From contig JBBDYC010000017.1 of NCBI GenBank assembly GCA_040901985.1, positions 1 through 64,000 of the forward strand: a stretch of 64,000 bases of DNA. Reading direction: 5' to 3'. A model generated the notes under the pieces. It was not told the DNA's origin, made no database searches, and saw only the letters and a program-made list of their open reading frames with translations. The DNA comes from Gemmatimonadaceae bacterium (GTDB lineage: Bacteria > Gemmatimonadota > Gemmatimonadetes > Gemmatimonadales > Gemmatimonadaceae). This document shows positions 39,741 through 49,025 of the stretch, piece by piece. Both the position numbers and the translations under genes were made by a program. The first letter of the stretch is position 1; each line of letters opens with the position of its first letter.

Positions 39741-41726
39741 ATGTCCGACGAGAATCCGCCCGCAACACCGACCCCGCGTCCCTCGACGAGCGGGATGACG
39801 GCCGAGTATCGGCCGCCGGAGCGACACCACGTCGAACGCAATCCGACCGGGAAGCGACTGGCGGTCCTCACCCTCGGGGCCCTAGGCGTCGTCTACGGGG
39901 ACATCGGCACCAGCCCGCTGTATGCGCTTCGCGAGTGCTTCAGCCCGAAGTACGGCATCGCGCCGACGCCGCAGAACGTCTACGGGATCCTCTCGCTGAT
40001 CTTCTGGGCGCTCGTGCTGGTGGTGACGGTCAAGTACATCGTCTTCATCCTCCGGGCCGACAACCGGGGCGAGGGCGGGATCCTCGCGATGCTCGCGTTG
40101 ATCCTCCAGAAGGAGGCGACGGCGAAATCGCGGCGATTCCTGCTGATCTCGCTGGGGCTCCTCGGCGCAGCGCTGCTCTATGGCGACGGGATGATCACAC
40201 CGGCGATCTCAGTGCTCAGCGCGATGGAGGGCCTCACGGTCGTGTCGGAGAATTTCTCGTTCCTCGTCGTGCCGCTCTCGATCGTGATCCTTGTCGGACT
40301 ATTCCTCGGGCAGCGCTTCGGCACGGCGCGCGTCGGTCAGATCTTTGGCCCGGTGACGCTGCTCTGGTTCGTCACGCTCGCCGTTCTCGGAATCCGCGAG
40401 ATCGTGCAGGCGCCGGCGATACTCGGCGCGGCGAATCCCTGGCACGCCGTCCAGTTCTTCATCGCGAACGGGAAGGCGGCGTTCCTCGTCATCGGCGCGG
40501 TGGTCCTCGTCGTCACCGGGGCAGAGGCACTCTACGCGGATATGGGGCATTTCGGACGGCGGCCGATCCGCCTCGCTTGGATCGCGCTCGTACTCCCGGC
40601 TCTCGTCATCAACTATTTCGGCCAGGGAGCGCTGATCCTACGCGATGCGGCGGCGGTGGCGAATCCGTTCTTCCTTCTCGCGCCGCGTGCCCTGCTCTAC
40701 CCGCTGATTGCCCTGGCCACGGTCGCCACGGTGATCGCTTCGCAAGCGATGATTTCGGGAGCGTTCTCGATCACGCAGCAGTGCATCCAGCTCGGCTACA
40801 GTCCGCGGATGACGATCACGCACACCTCGGCGCGCCAGTTCGGCCAGATCTACATCCCCGAGATCAATAACGCCTTGATGGTCGGTTGCCTGCTGATGGT
40901 GCTCGGCTTCCGCAGTTCGGAGGCGCTCGGCGCGGCGTATGGGATTGCGGTGACGGGGACCTTCGTCCTCGCGACGATCCTCTATTTCGTGATCGCACTC
41001 CGCCGCTGGCAGTGGCCGGCGTGGAAGGCGGGGATCTTCTTCGGCTTCTTCATCGTCGTGGATCTGACACTCTTCGGCGCGAGCGCCCTGAAGTTCATCC
41101 ACGGCGGGTGGGTCCCGATTGTGATCGCCGTCGCGATCTTCACCTTGATGACCACCTGGAAGCGCGGCCGGGCGATTCTCAGCGAGCGGATCCAGGACAT
41201 CTCCCTCCCACTGGACACGTTCCTCGACGACATCGGCGATCGACGCGTGACCCGCGTGCCAGGCACGGCGGTCTTCATGACCTCCGAGCATTACGGCGTG
41301 CCGGTGGTGCTGCTCCACCACCTCAAGCACAACAAGGTGCTGCACGAGACAGTGATCCTGCTCTCGATCCGTGCCGCCGAGATCCCGGAGACCAACCGCG
41401 CGGAGCGGGTCGTGATTGAGGCGCTCAATCACGGCTTCTTCCGCGTGATTGCGACGTATGGATTCATGGAGTCGCCGGACGTGAAGGAGGTCCTGCAGCG
41501 ATGCCGTGACCACGGCATCGCCGCGCGCCCGCTCGACACGAGCTACTACCTCGGTCGCGAGCAGCTCATCCCGCGCCGCGGGCCGTGGAAGAAGCACGGA
41601 ATGTCAATGAACATCGCCCGCAAGAAGCTGTACGCCGTGATGGCGCGGAATGCCCGTTCGGCCACGCAGTACTTCCAGCTCCCGCCCAACCGGGTCGTCG
41701 AGCTCGGGACGCAGATCGAGTTCTGA
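39741..41726 (+). CDS. kup: Kup/HAK potassium transporter
   Basis: GVVYGDIGTSPLY, ADNRGEGG, TGAEALYADMGHF, GQIYIP, RVVELG. Confidence 0.97.
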   Translation: MSDENPPATPTPRPSTSGMTAEYRPPERHHVERNPTGKRLAVLTLGALGVVYGDIGTSPLYALRECFSPKYGIAPTPQNVYGILSLIFWALVLVVTVKYIVFILRADNRGEGGILAMLALILQKEATAKSRRFLLISLGLLGAALLYGDGMITPAISVLSAMEGLTVVSENFSFLVVPLSIVILVGLFLGQRFGTARVGQIFGPVTLLWFVTLAVLGIREIVQAPAILGAANPWHAVQFFIANGKAAFLVIGAVVLVVTGAEALYADMGHFGRRPIRLAWIALVLPALVINYFGQGALILRDAAAVANPFFLLAPRALLYPLIALATVATVIASQAMISGAFSITQQCIQLGYSPRMTITHTSARQFGQIYIPEINNALMVGCLLMVLGFRSSEALGAAYGIAVTGTFVLATILYFVIALRRWQWPAWKAGIFFGFFIVVDLTLFGASALKFIHGGWVPIVIAVAIFTLMTTWKRGRAILSERIQDISLPLDTFLDDIGDRRVTRVPGTAVFMTSEHYGVPVVLLHHLKHNKVLHETVILLSIRAAEIPETNRAERVVIEALNHGFFRVIATYGFMESPDVKEVLQRCRDHGIAARPLDTSYYLGREQLIPRRGPWKKHGMSMNIARKKLYAVMARNARSATQYFQLPPNRVVELGTQIEF

Positions 41727-41754
41727 CGCCTTTCCACTACATCCCACGCGACCG

Positions 41755-44499
41755 ATGACCCGCCTCCTTGCCTGCCTCCTCCTGCTCATTGTCCCGGCGC
41801 TGCCGGCGCAGCGCCCCGCCGTGGAGACTCTCCGCGACGATCGCGACTTCAGTTTCTACGCCAAGGGACCATACCGCGCCGCCGTGCCGCGACCCGAGGC
41901 GATCCTCGGCTACGACGTCGGCCGCTGGCACACGCAGTACGACCGCCAGGAACGGGTACTGCTCGCGATCGCCGAGGCGGCCAACGACCGGGTGCGGGTC
42001 GAGGAGATCGGCGTCAGCAGCGAGCGCCGGACGATGCGGATCTTCATCGTCAGCAGCGCCGAGAACATCGCGCGACTCGACGCCATCCGCGCCGACCTCG
42101 ACCGGATCGCCGACCCGCGCGGCGCGAGCCAGGCCCAGCTCGACGCGGTGATCGCCCGCACGCCGGCGGTGGTCTGGTTCTCCGGCTCCGTCCACGGCGA
42201 CGAGGTCCCGGGGTTCGAGGCCTCGATGCAGCTGCTCTATCATTTCGCCGCCAGCGAGGACCCGGCGACACTCGAGCGCCTCCGCGACGCAATCGTCATC
42301 ATCAACCCGAGTTCGAACCCGGACGGCCACGAGCGCTTCTCAGTCTGGAGCAACAGCATCGCCGTCGGCAGTCCCGAGCGTCTCGCGCTGGAGCAGCAGC
42401 GAGGCCAGCCCTGGTCAATCGCCGGCCGGTTCAATCACTATCGGTTCGACATGAACCGCGACCTGATGGCGATGACGCAGCGCGAGGTGCAGGCTATCGT
42501 CGGCGGGATGTTGCGCTGGCACCCGATGATCACCGCCGACCTGCACGGGTACACGTCCACGTACTACATGGCACCGGCCGCGCGGCCGGTGAACGTCAAC
42601 ATCTCCGGCTGGCCGTACAAGTGGAGTGAGGCAATCGGCCGCGGCAACGCGGCGGCGTTCGACGCCTTCGGCTGGCTCTACTTCGTGCGCGACGCGTTCG
42701 ACCTCTACTATCCCGGCTACTACGACTCGTGGCCGGCGCTGACCGGCGCGATGGGCACGACCTACGAGACCGACGGCGGGCCGGCGCTGCTCAAGCGCCG
42801 CGACGACGGCACGCTGCTCTCGCTCCGCGACGGCATCGCCAAGCACTACGTCGCATCAATCGCCAGCTTCGAGACCGCCGCCTCGCGGGCGCGGGAGCTC
42901 GTCCGTGATTACGCCGCGTTCCGTCAGCGTGCGGTCACCGACGGCCGCAACGGGACGATGAAGCGCGTCGTCTTTGTGCCCGGTTCCGATCCGGCCCGGG
43001 CGGCTGAGCTGGCGGCGGCGCTGCTGCGGGCCGGCGTCGAGGTCACCCGCACCACCGGCACCTTCACCAGCGCCCGGGCGCACAGCTACACCGACGACGG
43101 GCCGCGCAGCCGCAGCTTCCCCGCCGGCGCCTACGTGGTGGACCTCGCCCAGCCGCAGGGCAAGGTGGCCAAGGCCGTCCTCGAGGCCGACCCCGAGCTT
43201 GACCCCGTCTTCGCCAGGGAGCAGGTGGCGAAGTTCGAGCGCAACCAGACGCGTTCGCGCAACGCCAACGACACCGAGGGCTACGAGTTCTACGACGTCT
43301 CCGCGTGGGCGCTTCCGGTGGCCTTCGGCGTCGAGGCCTACTGGACCGAGGACGCGTCAGCCGTGAGCGGCGCGCCCCTCTCGCTCGCCGGCGGTCCCGC
43401 ACAGAACGGCGAGGTGCTCCCGCACGCCATCGCCGGCGGGATCGTCGAGGGCGCTGACGCGCGCTCGGCGTTTCTCTGGCGCAACGATCGCAACGGCGCC
43501 GCCAAGGTCGCCACCCAGCTGCTCCAGGACGGCTACCGCGTCGCGGTCGCCGCCGAGCCGATCCAGACGGCCGGCACCACCTGGCCGCGCGGCACCTGGG
43601 TCGCCCGCATTTCGCGCAACGACGCCACGCTGGCGGCCAAGCTCGACTCGCTGGCACGGGCGGCCGGCGTCGAGGTTCGGGGCGTCAACACCGCCTTCCC
43701 GGACGATGCCCAGTATGGCACCGGATCGGGCGTCGTCGTCGCACTCAAGGAGCCGCGGATCGCACTCGTCGGCGAGACCGGAATCTCGCAGACGAGCTAT
43801 GGCGCGCTGTGGTGGAGTCTCGAGCAGCGCTACGGCGTCCGCTTCACGCCGATCGCCGCGTCGGCGCTCGGCGGCGATCTTTCGGCGTTCAACGTGATCA
43901 TCGTGCCAAGCGGCGGCCTCGGCTCACTCGGCACTGGCGCCAATCTCAAGCGGTGGGTCGAGGGCGGCGGCGCGCTCGTGACCTTCGGCGGCGCCACGCA
44001 GTGGGCCACCCGCGAGGATGTGGGGCTGACCTCGGTGCGGCGGATCCAGTGCGAGGAGAAGAAGGACCTCAAGCCGGCGCCGGCCGACACGGCGCCGCTC
44101 GACTCGACACGCGCCGTCGCCAGCCCGAACGCCTGCGCGGACCGGATCGCCGACGTCCCGGGAAGCCACTTCGACGTCGTCCTCGACCTCACCAATTGGG
44201 TGACCTTCGGAATGGAGCGCCAACGGATGCCGGTGCTCGTCGGCGGAAGCAGCTTCTACACGATCTCCAAGGACGGCGGGAACGTCGCGGTCTTCCCGAC
44301 CACCGGCACGCTGCGGCGCGGCGGCTGGGTCTTCCCGAACAACACCGAGCGCCTGTTGAAGGGCAGCGTCTTCGTCGCCCAGGAGCGCGTCGGCCGAGGA
44401 AACGTCGTGATGTTCACCAATGACCCGATGTTCCGGGGCTGGTGGCGCGCCCTCGACCGGATGGTCCTCAACGCGGTGCTGCTCGGCACGTCGTTTTGA
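41755..44499 (+). CDS. Secreted M14 zinc carboxypeptidase-family protein
   Basis: Signal peptide; SVHGDE, NPDG, DMNRD, DLHG. Confidence 0.9.
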   Translation: MTRLLACLLLLIVPALPAQRPAVETLRDDRDFSFYAKGPYRAAVPRPEAILGYDVGRWHTQYDRQERVLLAIAEAANDRVRVEEIGVSSERRTMRIFIVSSAENIARLDAIRADLDRIADPRGASQAQLDAVIARTPAVVWFSGSVHGDEVPGFEASMQLLYHFAASEDPATLERLRDAIVIINPSSNPDGHERFSVWSNSIAVGSPERLALEQQRGQPWSIAGRFNHYRFDMNRDLMAMTQREVQAIVGGMLRWHPMITADLHGYTSTYYMAPAARPVNVNISGWPYKWSEAIGRGNAAAFDAFGWLYFVRDAFDLYYPGYYDSWPALTGAMGTTYETDGGPALLKRRDDGTLLSLRDGIAKHYVASIASFETAASRARELVRDYAAFRQRAVTDGRNGTMKRVVFVPGSDPARAAELAAALLRAGVEVTRTTGTFTSARAHSYTDDGPRSRSFPAGAYVVDLAQPQGKVAKAVLEADPELDPVFAREQVAKFERNQTRSRNANDTEGYEFYDVSAWALPVAFGVEAYWTEDASAVSGAPLSLAGGPAQNGEVLPHAIAGGIVEGADARSAFLWRNDRNGAAKVATQLLQDGYRVAVAAEPIQTAGTTWPRGTWVARISRNDATLAAKLDSLARAAGVEVRGVNTAFPDDAQYGTGSGVVVALKEPRIALVGETGISQTSYGALWWSLEQRYGVRFTPIAASALGGDLSAFNVIIVPSGGLGSLGTGANLKRWVEGGGALVTFGGATQWATREDVGLTSVRRIQCEEKKDLKPAPADTAPLDSTRAVASPNACADRIADVPGSHFDVVLDLTNWVTFGMERQRMPVLVGGSSFYTISKDGGNVAVFPTTGTLRRGGWVFPNNTERLLKGSVFVAQERVGRGNVVMFTNDPMFRGWWRALDRMVLNAVLLGTSF

Positions 44500-44509
44500 G
44501 TGACCCGGT

Positions 44510-45469
44510 CTAGATTGACACCACCCGACCGCGGGTGACTACCGGCGCGCGCGGCGCGGCCGGGGGCCGCGGCGCCACCATCGGCCGCGCCGGCATCGGC
44601 GGCTCCGCCATCCGCAGCCGGAACTCCTCCAGCGGCTGCAGGAACCCGCTCCAGTCGCTCCCCGGCAGGTCGCTCGCCTTGACCGCCGTGACGCGGACCG
44701 TGCGCGTGCGGCCCGCCGAGACGACCGTCAGTTCGGCGGTGTCGCCCGCCTTCAGCTTGGCAATCTCGCGGCGCAGCCGGTTGGCCTTCGCCCCGCCGAC
44801 GGCGGGGTCGGTCGCGTCCTCGCGAGCCACGCGAACGCTCACGCCGTTGATTGCCGCGATCCGGTCGCCTTCGACGATTCCCGCCTTCTCGGCCGGACCG
44901 TCCGTCGTCACCGACGACACGAAGACGCCCAGCGTGTCGCGGGCGCTCCCGCTCGAGCCGATCGTGAGCCCGATGACTGCCCGGTCGGCGTCCATCGTGG
45001 ACCACGAATAGCCCGACACGCGTCCCATCAACTCGGACGCCTTCACCGGCGTGACGCGCACGGCCCGCGACTGCGTGCCGGAGAGCACCCGAAGCTCGAT
45101 CGTCCCGCCCTCGGTGGTCTTCTGGACCTCGCGCGTCAGGCGCCGATTGAGCACGCCGTCGTAGTCGTTCTCCCCGGCGTCGGTGCGATCGGCGCGGAGA
45201 CTGACGCCGTTCACCGATTGGAGCCGGTCACCGGCCTTGAGTCCGGCCTTGGCGGCGGGCGAGTCCTCGCGAACGTCCTCGATCAGGAGGCCGAGGGTAT
45301 CGGCGCGCTCGCTTGCCGTCGCCGTAGTGACGCCGATCATCGGACGGTCGGCCGCGAGTTCGACCAACGCGCGCCGCTGGGGCGAGGTGAAGATCCGCAC
45401 GTCCTGGGCTGAGGAGGCGAGCGGAAGGGCCACGGACGCGGCCGCGGCGAGGAGCAGGAGTCTGGTCAT
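44510..45469 (-). CDS. Secreted tandem-PDZ protein
   Basis: Signal peptide; two SPA/GPA.KAG...GD....NG PDZ repeats; no protease domain. Confidence 0.85.
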   Translation of the reverse strand: MTRLLLLAAAASVALPLASSAQDVRIFTSPQRRALVELAADRPMIGVTTATASERADTLGLLIEDVREDSPAAKAGLKAGDRLQSVNGVSLRADRTDAGENDYDGVLNRRLTREVQKTTEGGTIELRVLSGTQSRAVRVTPVKASELMGRVSGYSWSTMDADRAVIGLTIGSSGSARDTLGVFVSSVTTDGPAEKAGIVEGDRIAAINGVSVRVAREDATDPAVGGAKANRLRREIAKLKAGDTAELTVVSAGRTRTVRVTAVKASDLPGSDWSGFLQPLEEFRLRMAEPPMPARPMVAPRPPAAPRAPVVTRGRVVSI

Positions 45470-45643
45470 GGGTCGGTTCCTTGTGGTTGCAGAGGTCCGC
45501 CCATTCCGTCACGCCGGGCCCGCCAAAGGTTTCCGTCGAGCGGGCCGGCCCCACTGGTACTTCCAGTTCGTAGACCGTCGGTGACTCCGCGACGGATGCC
45601 TGACGCAATCTCCAGCGAATCCTGAGTCCCATCGCGGCCCTCG

Positions 45644-48418
45644 CTACGGGTTGCCCAATTCACGCAGTCGCCGCAGCGCCTCACCGAGCCGCTGCATTTC
45701 CGTCCCGTAGGTCGCCCAGTCGTCGGCGCGCTGGGCGGCGCGCGCCCGATCGTAATGCTGGACGGCCGTGCGCACCAGTGCGGCGCGCGCCGCGTCGGCG
45801 GACGGCGTCAGCGGCGTGCTGGGCGCGCCCCGCTCAACGACGGTCGTCGGCCGGACGCTTCGCCCGGGCGTCCGCCCCGCGTCCCCGAAGAGCACGCGCA
45901 GCCCTGCGTCGAGCGTCTCCTCCATCACCACCCGTCCCTCGTGCGCGACGATCACCCGCTTGAGCTCGGGGATCTTTCCGCCCTGCGCCCGCAGGTACAG
46001 CGGCTGCACGTAGAGCAGTGATGCCTCGATCGGAATCACCAGCAGCTCGCCGCGGATCACTTCCGAGCCACCTTGGTCCCAGAGGGAGATCTGGCGCGAC
46101 ACCTCGGTGTCTTGGCCGATCCGGTTGGTGATCTGCGTGGGCCCGAAGACGAGACTTTGCCGCGGGAACCGGTAGGCGATGAGCTTGCCGTAGTGGTCGC
46201 CGTCATTCCGGGCCACCATCCACGCGGCGAGATTGTCCTTCTGCCGCGGCGTGAACGGCCGCATCAGCAGGTACTCGGCGTCCGCCTCGCCGGGAAGCCG
46301 CATCACGATGTGCCGGGTGTAGCCGGCCCGTACCTCCGTCTGCCGCGCCGCCGGAATCTGCCACTGGTCCTCGCGGTGGTAGAAGGTCTCGGGATCGGTC
46401 ATATGGAATGTCGCATAGAGCGCCGTCTGCGCCCGGAAGAGATCCTCCGGGTAGCGGATGTGGCGCCGCAGGTCGGAGGCGAGCTCGTCGAGCGGCCGCA
46501 GCAGCCCAGGGTAGATCCGGGCCAGCGTGCGGATCATCGGGTCGGCCGGGTCGGCGAGATACGCCCGCACCTCGCCGTGGTAGGCGTCCACCACGACCTT
46601 CACGCTGTTGCGGAGATAGTTGACCCCGTCGCTCATCCGCGCCGAGTACGGATAGCGGCTCGTGGCGGTATAGGCGTCGAGGATCCACTTCAGGTGCCCG
46701 CTGTCGCTGACGACCAGGTACGGATCGGCGTCGAAGGTCAGGAACGGCAGCGCGAGCTCGGCGCGTTGGCGGACGTTCTGGTTGAACAGGATGCGCGTCT
46801 CGTCGGTGAGGTCACGCGAGAGCAGGATGTTGATCGAGCCGAAGCGCATCGCGAAGAGAAGGCGCCGGACGACCGAATTGATCGGCACGCCGGCGGTGCC
46901 TGCGTAGGTCGAGTACACCGCCTCGTCGCCCTCGGCGGAAGGGTAGTCGAACTCCCGCTGCCGCGACGGCGCGAGGACGAAGCTCGTCGGCAGCTCGCCG
47001 AAGTAGATTTGGGGACGCGTGACCTTGAGCGCGAGGCTCGAACTGGGCGGCAGGTCCTTGATCCAGAGGACCGGGAGTCCCTCGGCGGTGACCTCGTTCG
47101 ACGGCCCGAGCGTGAGCCCCATCCCGTGCGTGAAGGTGAGGTGCTCATTGACGAACGTGCGGGTCGGGAGCGCGGCCGGATCGAGCTCACGCGCCGAGAG
47201 CAGGACGTGCCGGAGCTCGCCGTTGATCAGGTAGCGGTCGTCGTCCACGCCGACGAAATCGTAGTACGTCCGGATGGACTGGATCTGCCCGAAGGTCTGG
47301 AGCAGCGGCTCGCGGTCCCAGAGGCGCACGTTGTCAATCGTCGCCCGGTTATTCTCGAGGTCGCGCGCCGTCAGTTCCTGGTCGGCATCGAGTTCGCGCC
47401 GCTCGACCGCGTCGAGGCCCCAGGCGGTGCGCGTCGCCGCGATATGGTGCGCGATCTGTGCGGACTCGCGGGCGAGCTCGTTCGGCTGCACGACGAGCCG
47501 CTGCACCGCCGCCGGGACAATCCCGGTGACCAGGGCCGTCAGGGCCACGTTGGCGATCACGACGACCAGGAGCGCCCGCACGAGGTTTCTCCGTCGGGCG
47601 CTCCAGATGAGGTAGCCGGCGCCGATGAGCAGCAGCACGGCGAGAACTCGCATTCCGGGGATCTGGAGATACAGATCGGTGTAGCTCGCGCCCTGCAGCG
47701 GCCCGTGCACGCCGAAGAGGAGCGACGGGATGCCGACGAACAGCACCCGGAGCGCGGAGATGGCAAGCCAGAGCGCGGCGAGGATTGCCAGATGCCACTC
47801 GGCCGGCTGTTCGATCACCAGGCGATTGACGCGCCACGTCACATCGCCGCGCGCGAAGTAAATGGGCGCCGCGACGGCAATCAGCGCGAGAAAGACGATC
47901 CCCCAAGCAAAGTCGAGGCCCGCCTGCACCGTGGGCAGGGTGAAGACGTAGTACGCGATGTCGCGCCCGAAGACCGGATCGGTGGTGCCGAACGGCGTGC
48001 GGTAGTAAAACTGAATCAGCGTCCGCCAGTGGCTGCTCGCCCCCATCGCGAGCAGCGCCGAGAGCACCAGCGTCGCCGGGAACGCGGCGAGCTGGGCAAT
48101 CTTGGTGAGCAGGCGCTCGCGCGTCCGAATCCCGCCTTCGGCGAGCACCACGACGCTCTCCCGCGACCGCTCGATGCCGCGGAGAGCGAAGCGCGCGTTG
48201 CCATAGAGGACCGCGAACCCGCCGACGCCGGCAAGGAGGCCCAGCGCCCACTGCGCGATCAGCTGCAGCAGGAAGACGCGCTCGAAGCCGATCTCGCGGT
48301 ACCAGAGCCAGTCGGTGATGCGCGAGGCGAGCGCCGGCAGCGCCAGCAGGAGGAGCAGGGCGGCCACGACGCCGACGACGAGGCGGCGCTGCTGCATTAC
48401 GGAGCGGTTGATGGTCAT
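45644..48418 (-). CDS. UPF0182 family membrane protein
   Basis: DPVFGRDIAYYVF, NVRLWD, DDDRY, THGMG, NYLRNSVKVVVDAY, YVQPLYL. Confidence 0.93.
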   Translation of the reverse strand: MTINRSVMQQRRLVVGVVAALLLLLALPALASRITDWLWYREIGFERVFLLQLIAQWALGLLAGVGGFAVLYGNARFALRGIERSRESVVVLAEGGIRTRERLLTKIAQLAAFPATLVLSALLAMGASSHWRTLIQFYYRTPFGTTDPVFGRDIAYYVFTLPTVQAGLDFAWGIVFLALIAVAAPIYFARGDVTWRVNRLVIEQPAEWHLAILAALWLAISALRVLFVGIPSLLFGVHGPLQGASYTDLYLQIPGMRVLAVLLLIGAGYLIWSARRRNLVRALLVVVIANVALTALVTGIVPAAVQRLVVQPNELARESAQIAHHIAATRTAWGLDAVERRELDADQELTARDLENNRATIDNVRLWDREPLLQTFGQIQSIRTYYDFVGVDDDRYLINGELRHVLLSARELDPAALPTRTFVNEHLTFTHGMGLTLGPSNEVTAEGLPVLWIKDLPPSSSLALKVTRPQIYFGELPTSFVLAPSRQREFDYPSAEGDEAVYSTYAGTAGVPINSVVRRLLFAMRFGSINILLSRDLTDETRILFNQNVRQRAELALPFLTFDADPYLVVSDSGHLKWILDAYTATSRYPYSARMSDGVNYLRNSVKVVVDAYHGEVRAYLADPADPMIRTLARIYPGLLRPLDELASDLRRHIRYPEDLFRAQTALYATFHMTDPETFYHREDQWQIPAARQTEVRAGYTRHIVMRLPGEADAEYLLMRPFTPRQKDNLAAWMVARNDGDHYGKLIAYRFPRQSLVFGPTQITNRIGQDTEVSRQISLWDQGGSEVIRGELLVIPIEASLLYVQPLYLRAQGGKIPELKRVIVAHEGRVVMEETLDAGLRVLFGDAGRTPGRSVRPTTVVERGAPSTPLTPSADAARAALVRTAVQHYDRARAAQRADDWATYGTEMQRLGEALRRLRELGNP

Positions 48419-48921
48419 CCCGAAGAATGGCCCGGTGGCGCGTTTCGCGCGAGTCGCTTGAGCATCGCCACCTGCCCGGTGTGGTAGATATCGTGCTCGC
48501 CGAGCGAACGGATCATCCCCCGGATGCTGATGCCCGGCGCCGACTCACCGGGCCGCGGCTTCACGCGCGCACTCAGCTCCTCGTCGCTCAGCCCGCGCAC
48601 CAGCGCCGCGAGCTCGGCGTGGGCCGCGTCGAGACTCTGCAGGCACTCCCGCCAGGCCGCGGCCGTCGGCGGGGGCGGCGGCGGCCAGTCGCCATCCTCG
48701 GGCAGCGCCGACACGCCACCCCGGGCGCGTCGCGTCACCTCGCGCGTCCAGCTGCGCATATGGAGCACGATCGCCCAGATGCTGTGCGCGTCGGGCGCCG
48801 GGCGAAATGCCGCCTCGGCGGCGGTCACTCCCTTCAGCACCGCGGCTCGCGACGGGCCGTGCCAGGGATCGCCGTCGTGTACGCGATCGAGCGCGGCGGC
48901 GCTTCGCTCGGCCTCGCTCAT
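48415..48921 (-). CDS. DinB-family protein
   Basis: GDPWHG, HSIW.IV.H, EHDIYHTGQ. Confidence 0.88.
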   Translation of the reverse strand: MSEAERSAAALDRVHDGDPWHGPSRAAVLKGVTAAEAAFRPAPDAHSIWAIVLHMRSWTREVTRRARGGVSALPEDGDWPPPPPPTAAAWRECLQSLDAAHAELAALVRGLSDEELSARVKPRPGESAPGISIRGMIRSLGEHDIYHTGQVAMLKRLARNAPPGHSSG

Positions 48922-49025
48922 TGCGGCACGACCACGACACGACCGCTCATCTGCACGTTCCTCCGGGTCCGGGCAAGGGTTCCCAGCGAACGTATCGCCC
49001 GACGCGGCGCGGCGGAAGTTCGCGC

